From Tubiluchus corallicola (taxonomy: Eukaryota; Animalia; Priapulida), in the NCBI GenBank assembly GCA_030141605.1, contig JAQGDQ010000028.1, positions 434,001 to 498,000 on the forward strand: DNA of 64,000 nt. The letters are read 5' to 3'. The position numbers and the translations under genes were made by a program. Below, in pieces: positions 37,901 to 52,900 of the stretch; the first letter of the stretch is position 1; each line of letters starts with the position of its first letter. The notes beneath the pieces are model-generated. The model made no database searches. It was given only the letters and a program-made list of their open reading frames with translations, and had not been told where the DNA came from.

Positions 37901-40900
37901 TAAACTTTAAAGCTATTATGTACAATATTTTGACTCAAATGTTTAAAACAATATTTCTTCTCCCACAACTTTTTGCACACTAGAAAAAAATACGAGAAAG
38001 GCTTTCCTAAGCATCTAATAATGTTGGGAGCCCAGGAGAACTCTTTTAAAGAGTAAAAGTGCTGTATGAAAGGCAATTCTGCTGTCAGATTTGGTGTTAA
38101 CATAGGCACTTAATAATGGTGGAATGTGAAAAAATCATCCAAGGTCGGGGCTCCAGGTCCTCCTGAGAGAGTCTAGAGCAATCCCTCGATCAGACCTTAA
38201 GCTAAGATGACCCTATTTTGGACATCTTCAGGTTGGAATGTTTGCATATAGACTCTTCCTACAGAAAATGAGATAATTATATAGCAGCTCCATCTAAATT
38301 GCTCCGTTTCAACTAAATTAAAAATAGTAGATAAAGGTTCAATATAAAACCAAAAAAATAATTAAGAGAAATATTTAATATAGTACATTTGTAAATACAT
38401 TGGCCGCTGTTTATTTTGTAATTAAGTACAAAATAGAGAAAAACTTAATTAAGTGGAAACACCTCTATAGTACGTCTGTAAACATACTAGCCTATATACT
38501 ATTTTGGTTTTTATAAGGCAGCTCTAAGCTCGCAGCCAGTGTCTAACTCTGGTGATGTCATGCCAACTGAAAACCAAGATGATGCTTTTGCAGCAAAAAT
38601 TAACAAGTTTAACTGGCCCTCCTGGTTAAAACAAAACTAATGGAGGTAAAACAAAGCTTTAAATCAGTAACAGTTAAACAGTTTTAAACTGTCCTGCTTT
38701 ACAATTAATTTAAACCTTAGATTTTCTTTTAAAGTAATCATGTCTGCTACACAATGTACAATGACAGGCAAATACTCACCATCATATCATTCGGCATGAT
38801 TTGACCGACATGGCATCCAACACCAAAATGAAGCTGGTGATGCCTGGTACATGGTGTACCAAGACAGATAAACTCGTATCATCAGCATATATCATACCAT
38901 TCAGTATGGCTTCAGCAATATTACCTCCAACACCATATTAAACTAATATTACTTACACTATGTTATTAAATGTGCAAAGACAAGCAAAGTAAATGTTGCT
39001 GATTTACGTTTGAAAAACATCATTTCTTTTTTTAGGTTAATTCGCGAATTCGAGACTTGGAAGTCAATTTAATGTGCAAAGCAGAGACAACCAGTGATCT
39101 AGTAGATATAAGCCGGTATGGCGCTCGTCCAAAGGAATTTCTTTACATCTATGAGTTAGATAACTCGCCATATGAAGAGGTATTTAGCTTACCTAACAAT
39201 GGATTAACATGTACTTAGTGCTTGGCTTGCATGATTTGTTTAGTAGTAAAATGATAAAGAATAATTTTTTGGATTGCTGATATAGTAACTAATAAAATTG
39301 AAAATTCAAGCAATTTTTACTTTTAGTTCAAAAGACATTATTTATAACCATTTAAACACCAACAGTGCAAGGCACTGTAAAACTGCGAACACTTTAACTT
39401 TTTAAACTGCTGTACTGCTAACACAATAAAATTAGAGTATTGGAATTTTAGGATTATATTAATGTTTTATAACATTTGGCTGTAAATGTGCTTGCACATA
39501 TTTCTAAGCTCATAGATAGTTGGTTTTGTTTTTTAAAGATTTAATTTTCTTTATTTGTTCAGCAACTGTCTCATAAAGTCTCATAATTTTTTTTTGAATA
39601 ATCTGTGTTTTCTGTATTGAATTTGACTTCTTATGCTTATCGGCAGATTTTATTGTACTTGGAAAAGAACATAAGATTTCTGGAGGAAGCAAAATGCACA
39701 CTAAAAAAGCCATACGAGGAGAATGACGTAATCGATGATCTAATCATTCCGAAAACTGTGCTAACGGAAACCAAATATATTTTGATCAACATGGGACCAT
39801 GGTGTGCTTGTGAAGTGGCTCGGTGGTTTATGCGAGATTTAGACAAGATATTTAAACGATTTGCATTTGTAGAAATTAACAAACTATTCATGCAGTTCTC
39901 ACAAACTGTCCTGCGGGTTGTCTATAAAATGTGCCATGACAATTTCGACATGGATTGTGAGAATCTGCTATCTCTGACGACGCCAAAAGTGAAGCGCTTG
40001 GTGGAACTAATTCGTGACTTTCGTCCTCCCAATGAGCCGTCACGGGAAGAGCCTCTCCGACCATTGAAAAATGATGATGCTGAGTCAATTTGCGGAATTA
40101 TTTTTGTGGAGCGACGTTCAGTTGCAAAAACATTGAATAACTTTTTCTGTGAATTGGCCAGACGCTCTGAATCTCTGAACTATCTAAGGTGTGAATTCGT
40201 TGTCGGTCACGGTACGCATGCACAAAGTAATGAGTCTGTGATGAAGTTTAAGCAGCAAGAAAGTGTCCTGAAACGGTTTAGAAATCGCGAGACAAACCTT
40301 CTGATTGCTACCAGTGTGGTAGAAGAGGGCATAGATGTTCCACAGTGCAATATGGTGGCAAGGTTTGATTTGCCAACTAACTATCGCTCGTATATACAAT
40401 CTAGAGGACGCGCACGCAAAGCCGGTGCAAGTTACCTGATGATAGTTTCACAATGGGACAAGGACAGATTTCAAGCAGATCTCACAAATTATCACAAAAC
40501 TGAAGAGGTACAGTTGTTTATGGAGTTATTTTACAGAAGATTTGTTTACTGTTGATTTAGGTACAGTAAGTCCATCTTAACGACTTTCTGTTTAGTGAGG
40601 TACGTTTCATTTTAATGAAAATTTTTTACTTTGCTCAAAGCCAAATTTTATTTTATCTACAAGTTTTTAGCTAATTTGATGCATTAAAACAGTACATATT
40701 GTGTAATTCTATCCTAAAACGCACTAGTAACGTAAACAGTACAATTATCCTATGTATGTTTTTGCTTCCCAACTGACTACTAAATGCTAGCTGTTTGTAT
40801 TAAGTCAGACCTGGGAACAAACTTTATGGGAGAAATTTTGCCTGCAACCTGTGGCTGTAGCTACCAGGCAGTCTAGATAAGATTCCCCCAAGGTCGCCCC

Positions 40901-43900
40901 AGTGCTATGACATGACTTAAAGTTAACAAAAGAGAAACTGCTAGCTAGGTATTGGCAAGTAAGATTATTTAGGTGTTTCAAACAAGCAGAAAGAAATTAA
41001 TCGGTAGAAATGTGAATAAATCTCATAAAACGTTTGATTTATATGATTTAAGCAGCAATGACATGTGCCTCCGGCATGTTTCTCAATTCTTTTACATTAC
41101 TTTCTATGGAAGTCTTGGCTTCGTTTAACGACGTTTCACTTAACATTACGTTTTACTGGAATGCATTAGCATCGTTAAGAGAGGACTTTCTGTACTTTTT
41201 GGGAAAGATTTTCACATTACACAAATCACCTGATTGAAGGTCAGGTATTGTAGCTGGCAATGTGGCTGATATATAAAATATCGGTAGCAGTCGTAACATT
41301 GTTTGTATATCTGTTTGTTGCTGACCATCATTGTCATTTTTATATAGCTAGTTGTTGGTTTTCAGCATTATTCAATTAGCAATTTACAAATCAATAATTA
41401 CTGCCTGATTATAATTAGAATTTCAAAATATTCATTACTAATGAGTTACACAATCAGTTTATGTGACAATGACTCTGTTTAGGTTTTACTAAGTCGATGT
41501 CTTCAGCGAGATATGCCACAAGAAGAGGAGATGGAAGCGGCTTGGCTTGATGAAATTTTGCCACCCTATATGCCAGTGAAGGGTGAAGGAAATCCAAGAG
41601 TTACGATGAGTTCCGCCATTTCTTTAGTTAACAGGCAAGTCGGGTAACTGCTTGTGCGTTTAGTTTATACAGGGCAGCTAGGCTGCATGGTAATTAGTCT
41701 GTCAACTTGATGACAATGGTTGATGGGTTGTGATAGCAAACTGGGTAGGTGTCGTTATTGAATAGGCTTAGTTATTAAAAAGTCTCGACCTGGTTAGTGA
41801 ATAGACGGGTATCTACTGTAGAAAGTACTTTTGGGAGATTCGTTTGCTGCACTGCATCTGGTTATGCAAAATGTCGTTGCTAAATGTCATTACTGTTTGA
41901 AATGTTTCACTTTTTCATCACCTTATTTCACACTCTTTCTAGCTTTATAAAAATTATACATTGCTGTTGCCCTAAGAAAGTGGCAATTTTTTTAGTTTGC
42001 AAATTTTCACACTCAGGTACTGCGCTCGACTGCCTAGTGATGCATTTACACATTTAACACCATGTTGGAAGATGTATGAAATACCATGTATGGAAGATCC
42101 AGAAAAAGCTCGCTACAAGTGTGACCTAATGTTGCCGATTAATTCACCAGTCAAGCAAGTCATTGAGGTAAAACTCTTTTTTTAGTGTTGGTTAAGAATC
42201 ATATTTTGTGGTTATAACTGAACTTTTTTCAGGATTTATATGAAGTTTAAAATTAGGATGTTAGGGTTCATCACATAGTACACTGCAATTATTATAATGC
42301 TAGGTTTCATGAATTTTGTGAGAAATTTTATGCGATTGTGTCCAACAAACATGACTAGGTCCAAAACAATATCTAATTAATATTAACAGACTTCTCTCTC
42401 CTTAATATACTTTCACACTGGTTGGCTACCTATAAGTGAAGTTGTCTACGACCAAAACAGTATGGAATAATCTGGCTGATTAACTGATGGCTGGTTGGCT
42501 GGCTGACTGACTGACTGATTGACTTACTAACTTACTAAGTGAGCTGACTAAGTAACTGGCTAACAGTCAGACTGACTGACTGGCTGGCAGGCTGGCTTCC
42601 TGGCTGCTGACCGAGCGACCGACCAACTAATTAAGTAATTGACTGACCAACCAACAGTAGCACATTGATGTGCTGAGCAAAATGTTTATTTTCTTAACAG
42701 GGTAAAGAAATGCCTAGAAAACGGTATGCTAAAATGGCAGTAGCATTGCGTACCTGTGAGATACTGCATAAGGAGGGTGAACTTGATCACCATCTCCTTC
42801 CAGTTGGAAAAGAGGCGATGAAGTGGGAGCAAGAGGAGGAGATGTACGAAGAAGTGCCAGAAGGGATGCCTCGCGCAGGGACGACAAAACGACGTCAGTA
42901 TTATTATAAAGAGGTAAGATAAGAAGCTGACATACTGACAGAGCAGCATCTTATACAATGATCCATCGGATTTTCGGTAGTAAAGCAACAGTCATAAGCA
43001 GTACATAAATGCATATGGGCCGTGAGTTTATTTTTATGCAACGGAAATTATCTACTTTAAAAGAAAATTTAAATGAAAAGACCGTTAGCTTTGGTTGTTT
43101 TATGAGAGAATTTATAGATGGAAAATAATTTACCATTTTCAAGTTTGTTTTCATTAATTTAGTTACCTTCTTATCTAGCCTCTATACCGATTATCACAGC
43201 CGTACCATTTAAAACTCAACCTACATTTAAGCAAGATTTCCCTAGCTATTTTGGTCTTGCTTTTAAAAATGTAGTTTTTAGTTTTAAGTGTCATGAATCT
43301 GACAAACTAACAATCAGTTTAGATGTCTTACAAAAAGATAACTACATAATCAAATACATGAAATTAATTTGTCTCTAAAGCTATTTCGTCCTCGTTTTCC
43401 TTGAACTTTATTTTCTCTAATAAGATTGGCTATTTCAGGTGGCGGATTCACTAAAGGACTGTTATCCACAGGTGGACTCTCCTGGTTTTCTTTACGTCAT
43501 TAGAATGAAACTTTCTCAGCCGATATCTGCAGAGCAGAATGTACGTCGCAGAGAAGTTTATCATCCAGAAGCCAGTACGCGATGCTTCGGAATTCTCGCT
43601 CGCAACAAACTGCCACAGGTTTGAATCTGCTTACAAAAATAACATATATATTTATAATTTTGTAGTAACCATTGATAACTATTGAATTACAACTTGCACA
43701 AGCATGCCGTTCACTATATGCATTAAGTACCACATCGAAATTAAGATGAATATTAGAACTATGTTTATATGATTTTAGGTACCTGTTGTGCTTATAAGTA
43801 AGGAGGGCTATTAATTTTCTTTCACTTGATTAATTTAGCTTGCAGGTGTAAATCATGGTGGGCAATGCACGTCATAATAAAACGAAATTGTCTGCATAAC

Positions 43901-46900
43901 TGTTAAAATTTAGCGACTAACTTTGGTATGATGTAAAATACAGCTTTCATGCAAGATTCATACCTTTCACCATACCCACATTACTGTCTCCACATGTGCT
44001 AGAGTGAATACTGATTAAGCTTCTTGATGAATGTAGGGTGTAAAATTATAGAGGCGCATACTTTTATGAAATGGTTACTCAGGTAACTCGTCTTTGCAGC
44101 TTCCAGAGTTTCCGGTGTATACACGGTCGGGAGAAGTTACCATTTCTGTAAACTTGTTGAATGGTTTACTGGTGCACTCGGCTGACGCCTTGAAGAAGTT
44201 GGAGCTCTTTCATGCTTTCACATTTAGCTCCGTGTTACGGTTGGACAAACCACCGATGTCGTTTGATGCTGGCCACACATGCGAGCACATTGCTAGCTAC
44301 TTCATTGTACCTCTTAACACTGGTAGGTGCTGCTTGTTTAACTATGATCAACTCAAAGGCTTATATAAACCCAACAGACATAGAAGTCTTTTAATGCATT
44401 GTTATGATTATGCAAATAATTCATAGTTATTAAACAACATTATTAAACAAAAGAGACTTATAAATTAAATAAATTGTCTTTTTCTGCAGAATTTTGAACG
44501 ATGGAAACACGTTCACAATAAGTTTATAATGAAATGAATTTTCGTAATGAGAATGGGACTTTATGTTGTAAAAGCTTATATTATAGTGAGGGTTTAGTTT
44601 GACCTTAATTACTTTCTGGCTTTCAAGTAACTTTTAGAGATTAACAAATCTGTTTACAGCATGGGTTACCTTCATCCTGATACTTTTGCAGTTACAGTAA
44701 ATGACCAAATTTTGGTGAAACTAATTTGTTTTTTTCTTCATGCATTTGTGTCTCATTCTGCAGTTTTAATTTTGGTCAAATTATAGCTGCCACAAGAAGC
44801 AATGCAACAAATTGGTTAAATGTGAACAATTCCCATTTACATCATTTGCAACTTTAAGAGCCAAATTTTTGAAAAGTTCCTCTAATTTTCATATACACAT
44901 ACTACTACTGCACTATAGTTATAAATGAAAGTTTTAATTACAAGATTAAACTAAGCGTTAAACAGTTTGAGTCAGTAAATTTGACAATCCTTTAATTTAA
45001 CTTTATTTAAAGTTCCTTTACAATAAATGGGGAGTAATTTCATTTTTACATTTCATTTGTTTGCTGTGATGATAAAGCAAGTTTTAATGGAGCTAAATTC
45101 AAATTGTTGTTCATTTTTTTGTTTGTAACCGGTTCTAGATCTTTGAGTTTTCAATAAAGATTTTAAATGGCAACTATTGAGTGATAGTTATGTGATGATG
45201 TGACTGCGAAAGTTACACAAGGTTTTACTGTAGCGTTATTTTTATGAAAATTTATTGATAACAGTCATATCCCTTTAGACCACCGATACCTAACATTTAC
45301 TTGTTTATAAGCTATTGTACATGATAGCCATAGTACAAATTACGGTATTTTTGCTTATGTGTTTTTATGCATACAGTTAGGCACACTGCAAACCAGTGTG
45401 CAGCATTCACTGGCTGGATTACATTGATGGCTGTGGCAAGACCAACACATAACTCATTATTAAAAATTGTTTTCTGACAAGAGGTGCTGAGCAGTTATGG
45501 AATTCTTAATTAGGTGTTAGCTTAGCGATTGGTCAGTCATTTACTTGTGAACATTTAACATCTAACAAAGCAGTTAAATAATTAAGTAATTTATATTGTA
45601 TTTAGAAGTAGCAAACAGATATTGTTTAGGTAACGATTTGAAGTGGTAAATGTTACGTTGGCATTTTATACTGAGGGGTAATGAGTTCCACAGGTTAGGT
45701 CCACTACCACTAATGAAATGTTTTGCAGTATTGGTTCTACACTAACAGACTTGGTAGTCATTATATCTAGTATTAAGTGGTTTGACATTCTTAATTACAG
45801 GACTTTTGAAGAATGTAGGGAATAGTGCAGTTAAATTTTAACAATTCACCAACACCAAGTATTGTTTCACTTTTCTTAGTTTCTGGGTTTATAGGTTTAC
45901 TATATTTACCATATTTACTCTGTACGTTTGTACTTTCAATAAGAAAAGTTATTGATTAAACTTTTGTTAACTTGTCACTTGTATTTAGCTTTTTAAATAT
46001 CTTTCTTTTGAGATGTGTTATTAGTTATTATTGTTTCATTTCATGTTTCACTTTGATAAACTGGTGTTCTTGATTTAAAATACCCAGGCCTTAACCTACA
46101 TAACAAATTATTTAAATCTTATCTTGGATTTAGTATCATTCGCACGATCTTCCGAACACCTGGTGTCAATAACTGTCTTTTTTGTAAAATAGGTGCAAAT
46201 GGATTGTACGAGATAGACTGGCCATTTGTGGACATCATTAATGAGTACAGCGGATGCCAAGTTGACAAGTCTACAGCTTGTAATGTCGAGTTTAAATTTA
46301 TGGCAGAGAGGTACGAAAATGCAGTTGTGTCGCCTTCGTATCGCAATCTTGATCAGCCACAGTATTTCTATGTCGCAGAAATAAAACATGACATGAATCC
46401 GATGAGCCAATTCCCTTCAGAAAATTTTTCCACATTTGCTGAGTATTTTCAAAAGAAGTACGAGATCGAAATCACGAACACGAAGCAGCCCCTGCTAGAC
46501 GTTGACCACACATCGGCCAGATTGAATCTGCTGACCCCAAGGTATGACTTCTGTTTATTTATGGTTTGTACCTGTGAAACGTGAAATCACAGGTGTAGCT
46601 AATGAGGGAACAAGAAGAGCAACCGCTCCCTCTAGCACACTTTTCAAATTTGGCGCCTTTTCAACAATTTTTTAGTTCACTTGTATGGTTGCTGAATGAT
46701 CCTTTAGTCGGCTCAAACAGGTCCTATCTTTGTTCTACAATGGGCGAGGATAGATTCCTCCTTTGAAAGATTTAGCCACTGAGGTGAATTCCAATAAAGC
46801 TACAGATTATTTTGCTAAAATGAAGCTTAGCCAAAAGTGAATGTTGTAGTTTCTTCATGATACAGTTTTCACAATGCTTTAGTTTGTTTTCATTTTACAT

Positions 46901-49900
46901 TTAAAATTAAGTTAATTAAGTAACACACATGTTTTTGTTATGTTTTGAGATTTATGAACTTAATGTAAAACTTCTTGTTTTGTTTTAATTTTAAATAACA
47001 AAAATAACATTTATGTACTTCCTTTAAAACTGTATCTTCCTCATGATTTGAACACAAAATTAAAATGCATAATCAATGTATGTATGTGCCTTTTCTTAAT
47101 TTCTTGCTCCCCCTAACTTTAGAACATGGCTGCGCCACTGTGTGAAATGATTGGGTAGCTAACCATGAGTCCCAAATATGATGAAAAATTCTTCACTGCA
47201 AATTTGTTTACTATAGATGTAATTATTTGTCAAAAAACACTGGTCATGATGCTGAAAGGCACTTTTCCTAAGTCCAAGACAGGTTTATGAAATTGATAAA
47301 ATGATCGAAATTTATAAAAAGGCATGCTGCTTGTATTTAACTTTATAAAATGTTTAGGATTACGTAGATTTTCAATTTTGCCTTTATTTTCTTTGCTCAG
47401 TGATGGCTATTAGTGAGTCGTTGAAACATTGCTTTTTTATAGTAAAATGACTTTGTATAATTCATCTATATAAATAATTTCTTCACTTTATTATGACACG
47501 ATCTGCCATTTTGTATTTTCTGGCAGGTATTTAAATAGAAAAGGTATGACCTTACCTGCGGGAGAGAGCAAAAAAACTGCCAAAGACGACTTACACAAAA
47601 AGCAACTGTTAGTGCCAGAACTCTGCGATGTTCATCCGTTTCCCGCTCCGTTGTGGAGGAAGGCCGTTTGCCTTCCATGCATACTGTACCGGATGAATTG
47701 CCTCCTTCTGGCCGAGTTCCTGCGGGTGAAGGTGGCCCAGGAAGCCAATATTGGACTTGTGAATTTGCCATATGGGTTCCGTTACTCTAAGTTGGATTTT
47801 GGTTGGCAGACGACAGAGTCGAAAGAAGAGCTTTCATCGTTGGAGGAGGAAGAAACTGTGGAAGAGGATGATGTGCAATGCGGGGAGGAGTCAAATCTCG
47901 TAACAGAGGTATTCTTCAAGCATGTTGTTTTTTTTATAGCCATTGGTTCTTAAACTTTGCACTGACCATATACTGGAATGTATTTAACCCGAGCAATGGT
48001 TTTTAAATTATTAGACAGGTGACTTTATTTTCCAGCAATCTTTTTGTTTGCCGCAGCACATTTTGGTTGCAAGTACGAACATCACTTGACAACCAAATCA
48101 CATTGCATTATCATCAATTGCTCAACTGTGGAATTTGTAATTTGTAATTTTGAAATTTATTGTCCACTTCAGCATTACATTATCGCATTGTAACTATATA
48201 TTAAATCAATTGCATGTTTTACATTTCAATTCAATGTAATCATAATAGTTATAAAAGAACTATATTAATATAGTTACTAACTACATAATAATTTATCAAC
48301 AGGAAAAATATGCTGCATGGTGGTCAGGAAGCAAAGCTTGTAAGACCACCATGAAAAGTGGAGAAAAAAATACTTAACAAGAGAAAAAAATAAGAGAACA
48401 GAGAATAGTTAAGATAAAATAATAGACAAAAATAGAGAAAAAGAGAAGAGAAATTAAATAGAAAGTAGTTCAAAGGAAGCTTGTTATGAATAGAGATGCA
48501 AAGTGGTAGCACGATCTACATAAGCTATACTGCATAAACCACACTGGCACTCTGGATGTTTTTTATCTGTATTAGTTCACAAGTTGTACAATAAAGTTGA
48601 AATGCCTTTAAAGAATTCTATAAAGCTAGGATGAACAATTGACTTCTTAGACAGATGTAGAAACTTTTCTTTCCTTTTTCCACTGTGTTGGACCTCCCTA
48701 AAGAAGCTGTTTGATAAGTGTCAATCTAACATTTGTCTGAATCATATGTTTTTTTTTCCTAATCTGTCACTGAGTCAAGGTTCTAGTTAAGGTTCAAGCC
48801 CAATGATATCACGAATTAATCTAAGTAAATTATTTAAAGTACATCACTTGTCATAATTACATTTACGTTTACCTGTAAGGAAATACTCTTGTGCGGTTAA
48901 ACAAATCTGAAATATTTTCATTTTTTTAGGACCTCTGCAATGATCTTGAGGAAAATGACGATTTCATGCAAGATTACATTTTACAAGATGTGATGAGAAA
49001 CACAGCTAGAATTCAGAAATTAACAAAAGCTCAACTAGAAGCCATATTAGAGGTAGATCTAATGTATAAAGATCAAGAAAAAAATGGCCCTGAAAATACG
49101 GACTTGTTTGAAACTGACTCAACTGCTGATGATACATTAGATGTCTGTGATGATTTTGTTCTTTCTCAGCCTGTTGCAGTAAAAGAGGTGCTCACCGAAG
49201 ATGTTTCCAAGGGCCCCGGATTCGGAGAAGCTCTTCTAGCCAAACCAGCAGAACTAAAAGATGAAGAGATACCCGCACTGCGAGTATTTGATGCTAAGTT
49301 TGACCTTGAAACCCTCCCAGGTCCCAGCCCATGTATGATCTTGCAAGCTTTAACAATGAGCAATGCCAATGATGGTATAAACCTGGAACGTTTGGAAATG
49401 ATTGGTGATTCATTTTTGAAGCAAGCCATCACCGTCTACCTGTATAGTAACTATTCTTCTGTTAACGAGGGAAAGCTTTCGTACGCTCGTAGCAAACAGG
49501 TGAGTAATTTGAATTTGTACCGGCTGGGCAAGAAGAAAAATCTTGGAAACATCATAGTTGCCACAAAATTCGAGCCCACTGATAACTGGCTTCCGCCCGG
49601 ATTTATTATTCCGGACATCGATCACATTAAAGCGGAACCTAGCAATTCATATGAGATTCAGTGGCAGAATCAACAGGAAGAGCTGAAAGGGAAGACAAAA
49701 GCAGAGAAGCACATTCCTGTTCAGGAAGACGACTGCAAGGGCAAAGAAGATGGGGACAAAAATAATGAAGACAGGACAAATGAAGAGGTACGTGTCCTTT
49801 TCTTCTTGGTGGAAATTAAGCACCAACAGTCTAAAAAATTTTTAGCATGAACAAACGAGAATAATTTGGTAGTGGGGAATAGCCGAATTGCTACAGTGTA

Positions 49901-52900
49901 TGCTTAGAAATCGAAAATAAGGAATGTCGTGGTTGGTCTATGAATGGGTGGGTGACTGTTGGATTTAATTCTGATTCTGGCTGAACCTCTGCTGGTGCGG
50001 TGTCTCGTCTTGACTGTTAGCCCTTGATAATGAGCTAGATTCTGGTCCTGCCACAAACATTCTGAGGTGCCATTGCATAAAAGAGTAAAGAGTGGGATAG
50101 CTGTTTTAAGAACTATCATATGATTGAGCAATATAATTTTTTTAATTTCTTTGTAATGAGAATTGTTTGTTTAGCAACTCGGAGAAAGCATTTTAGCTCA
50201 GTTTGTTTCTGTCATTAGATTCAGGTCCCCACATCTTAAGTACAGTACTTTGTTTGCCTGTCTGTTAGTCATATTGCATTGCTTTAAAGGATGTTTTGTG
50301 CATTTATCTGACTTCTAATTTTGTTCAAGATGTGCAATGAAAAAGTCAAGAAGTACGATCCGGCCGAGGAACCATTCATTCCCTACAACCTGCAGACTCA
50401 GCACAGCATTCCAGACAAAAGCATTGCCGACTGCGTGGAAGCTTTAATTGGCTGCTATCTCATCGAGTGTGGACCTAGAGCTGCTCTTCTGTTTATGTCT
50501 TGGCTCGGCTTAAAGGTATCATTTGCGACATCTTTCACTGAACTGAAAAAATGGAGATGCTCCACTTTCCTTCTAATGCTGCAACATGTTCTAAGGTTCT
50601 AAGTGCTGAGTTTAAGAAATACTTGACATATTTTTGTTGACGTAAATGAAGTAGGTGTAAACAGGGAAAGAAGGTTTAAGCAAGTCTTGTGAGTTGGGCA
50701 CTTCTGCTGTCCAGTATAATACATTTTACAGTCATTATTTTTTACTGATACAGAGTTTAGGAACTATTACTTATAAAATAACAAAGTAGCTTTTTGTTTG
50801 TCTACATTAAGTGTACTGTATGTTTAAAAATAGAAAATAATTTTTGGTGCCATTAAATCCTTCTATTATTTTTTTGCATACACAATGAGCTCTTTTTTCC
50901 TATTTTGTTCGCAACAAGATTTTTAACTTTACACTACTTGTAACACGATGCTTTTAGCTGAACCCTGTGAGCACTCATGGATTTTTTTCAAGTGCAGAAA
51001 TGGTAGTATCTGTGCATTGTGTGTTAACTAAATTAATAACTGCTATTAAAACTTAGGCTAGTAGACCTAATTGAGTAAAAAAATAGTAAAGTGACTACAT
51101 GCTAGAAATCGCTTTTGTTTTTTACTGATTAAGCAGTTTAAAAAAAAATCGATAAAGATGTAACCTTGTCTTAGGTATCCACAAGGCAGCACAGTTATGT
51201 ACACTTTCCCTTCAAATTTGGTGCACAGTTTTTCCATAACAGTGGGATTTTAATTGGCATACAATAAATGAGGGTTCACATAGTATCTGAATATGTTTGT
51301 ATTATAATTATAGTAATAATTAAATGTTAATAGTATATACTTACCTTTTTACACAAATACATGTAAGACAACGTATTGCAATTCTACTATCAGTTATTGA
51401 CTTATAAATTTCAATACATCTGGCCAGGTGTTGCCACAAGAAGACAGTGAATCGTCTGGCATGGTTAAGTATGGAGAGGTAAAACGGCCACCTTCTCCTC
51501 TCATTGATCATCCCCATGCAGTGGAGCAGCTACATCATCACATACAAGGATTCGAGTCTTTTGAAGCCATGATCGGTTATGAATTTAAAGACAAGTAAGT
51601 GTAATTACATTACAGAACATAAGATACATAGTGCCACCCATCCACTTGCAAGTTAAGAACATATTATAGTTGCATATAATAACTCCAGTCTTTGCTGCTG
51701 TCTAATAGTTTTGCTACCAGTCCTATGTGGTTAAATAATTTAAGTAATATGTTCCACTTATGTAAATGCTAACTTACTATTGTAATCTTTAAAATAAGTC
51801 TTAACAATTTACTTGCGTGAATTTTAGTCAATACTTGCAATTTGTATTATGTGTTTCCCTAGAGCTTACTTGCTACAAGCTTTCACTCATGCCTCGTACA
51901 GCTACAATCGTGTGACCGATTGCTATCAGCGACTTGAATTTCTTGGTGACGCCATCTTGGATTACCTGATTACTAGACACTTGTACGAAGATCACCGGCA
52001 ACATTCACCTGGAGCTCTTACCGATTTGAGGTCCGCACTGGTTAACAATGCCATCTTTGCAGGTTGGATGCATTTTTAGTAGTAATATATTTATTTGGAA
52101 ATACAGTTATACAATGGAAGCAATGAAAAAAAATTACAATTAATATCGATGATTGATGGCAAGAACCAAAAGTAAAAACTGTTAGGTGCTTGCACCACTG
52201 TTAGCGCATCCAAGTAATTGAAAAAAAGAGAACAATAAATGAAGGTTTTAGACAGTTTAAAAGGAAAAGGCTGTGCAAAACAAGGTTAGAAGTGGCAGAT
52301 AAAAGAATGTTCAAAAGGATAAGAAGAGTGACTTGTGGAAATACAGCTCTGTGAGATCAGAAAATGCTCTAGGTTCTACTCAAAACAAGGTTATGAGTGG
52401 TGTGTCACAAAGGAACAAATAGGTGATTAAAAGAGACTAATTTACATTAGTAATTATGTAAACAATTTCTTAAGCTGCTAAACTTAGTTTTCTTTTTCTA
52501 GATTACAAGTATATTTGCTAACACAAATCCATCTATACAAAAATGATGTTTACAGGCTTTGATGCTGAAGACTCGTTTAACAAAGATTTAAATGTTAGGC
52601 AGCCATAGTGGTAAGCAAGTTCACTTAGAATGCTGCATCGTAAAATGTTTACTTTACAAACAAGGCTTTGAAGACCAATTTTAAAAATTTAGTTCACACT
52701 TTTTCTGGTTACTTGCTACTGGCTACTTGCATTTAGCACATGCCTGGACTTGAAATGCATCCGCTTCAGCTGCTTGAATCTTTTTGCAGGTACTTCCCTG
52801 ATATGGATATGGCAAACAGATATTTGACAATTTAAAGCGGTGCTATTATACTGGCACTTTAAATTGAGGGATAATGAGTTCCACAGTTTAGGTTCGCCAT

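Noticed and set aside
48300-48510. Purine-rich stretch as an extra Dicer exon
   Set aside because: Low complexity with multiple stops; the flanking exons (ending 47908, starting 48930) already join in phase.
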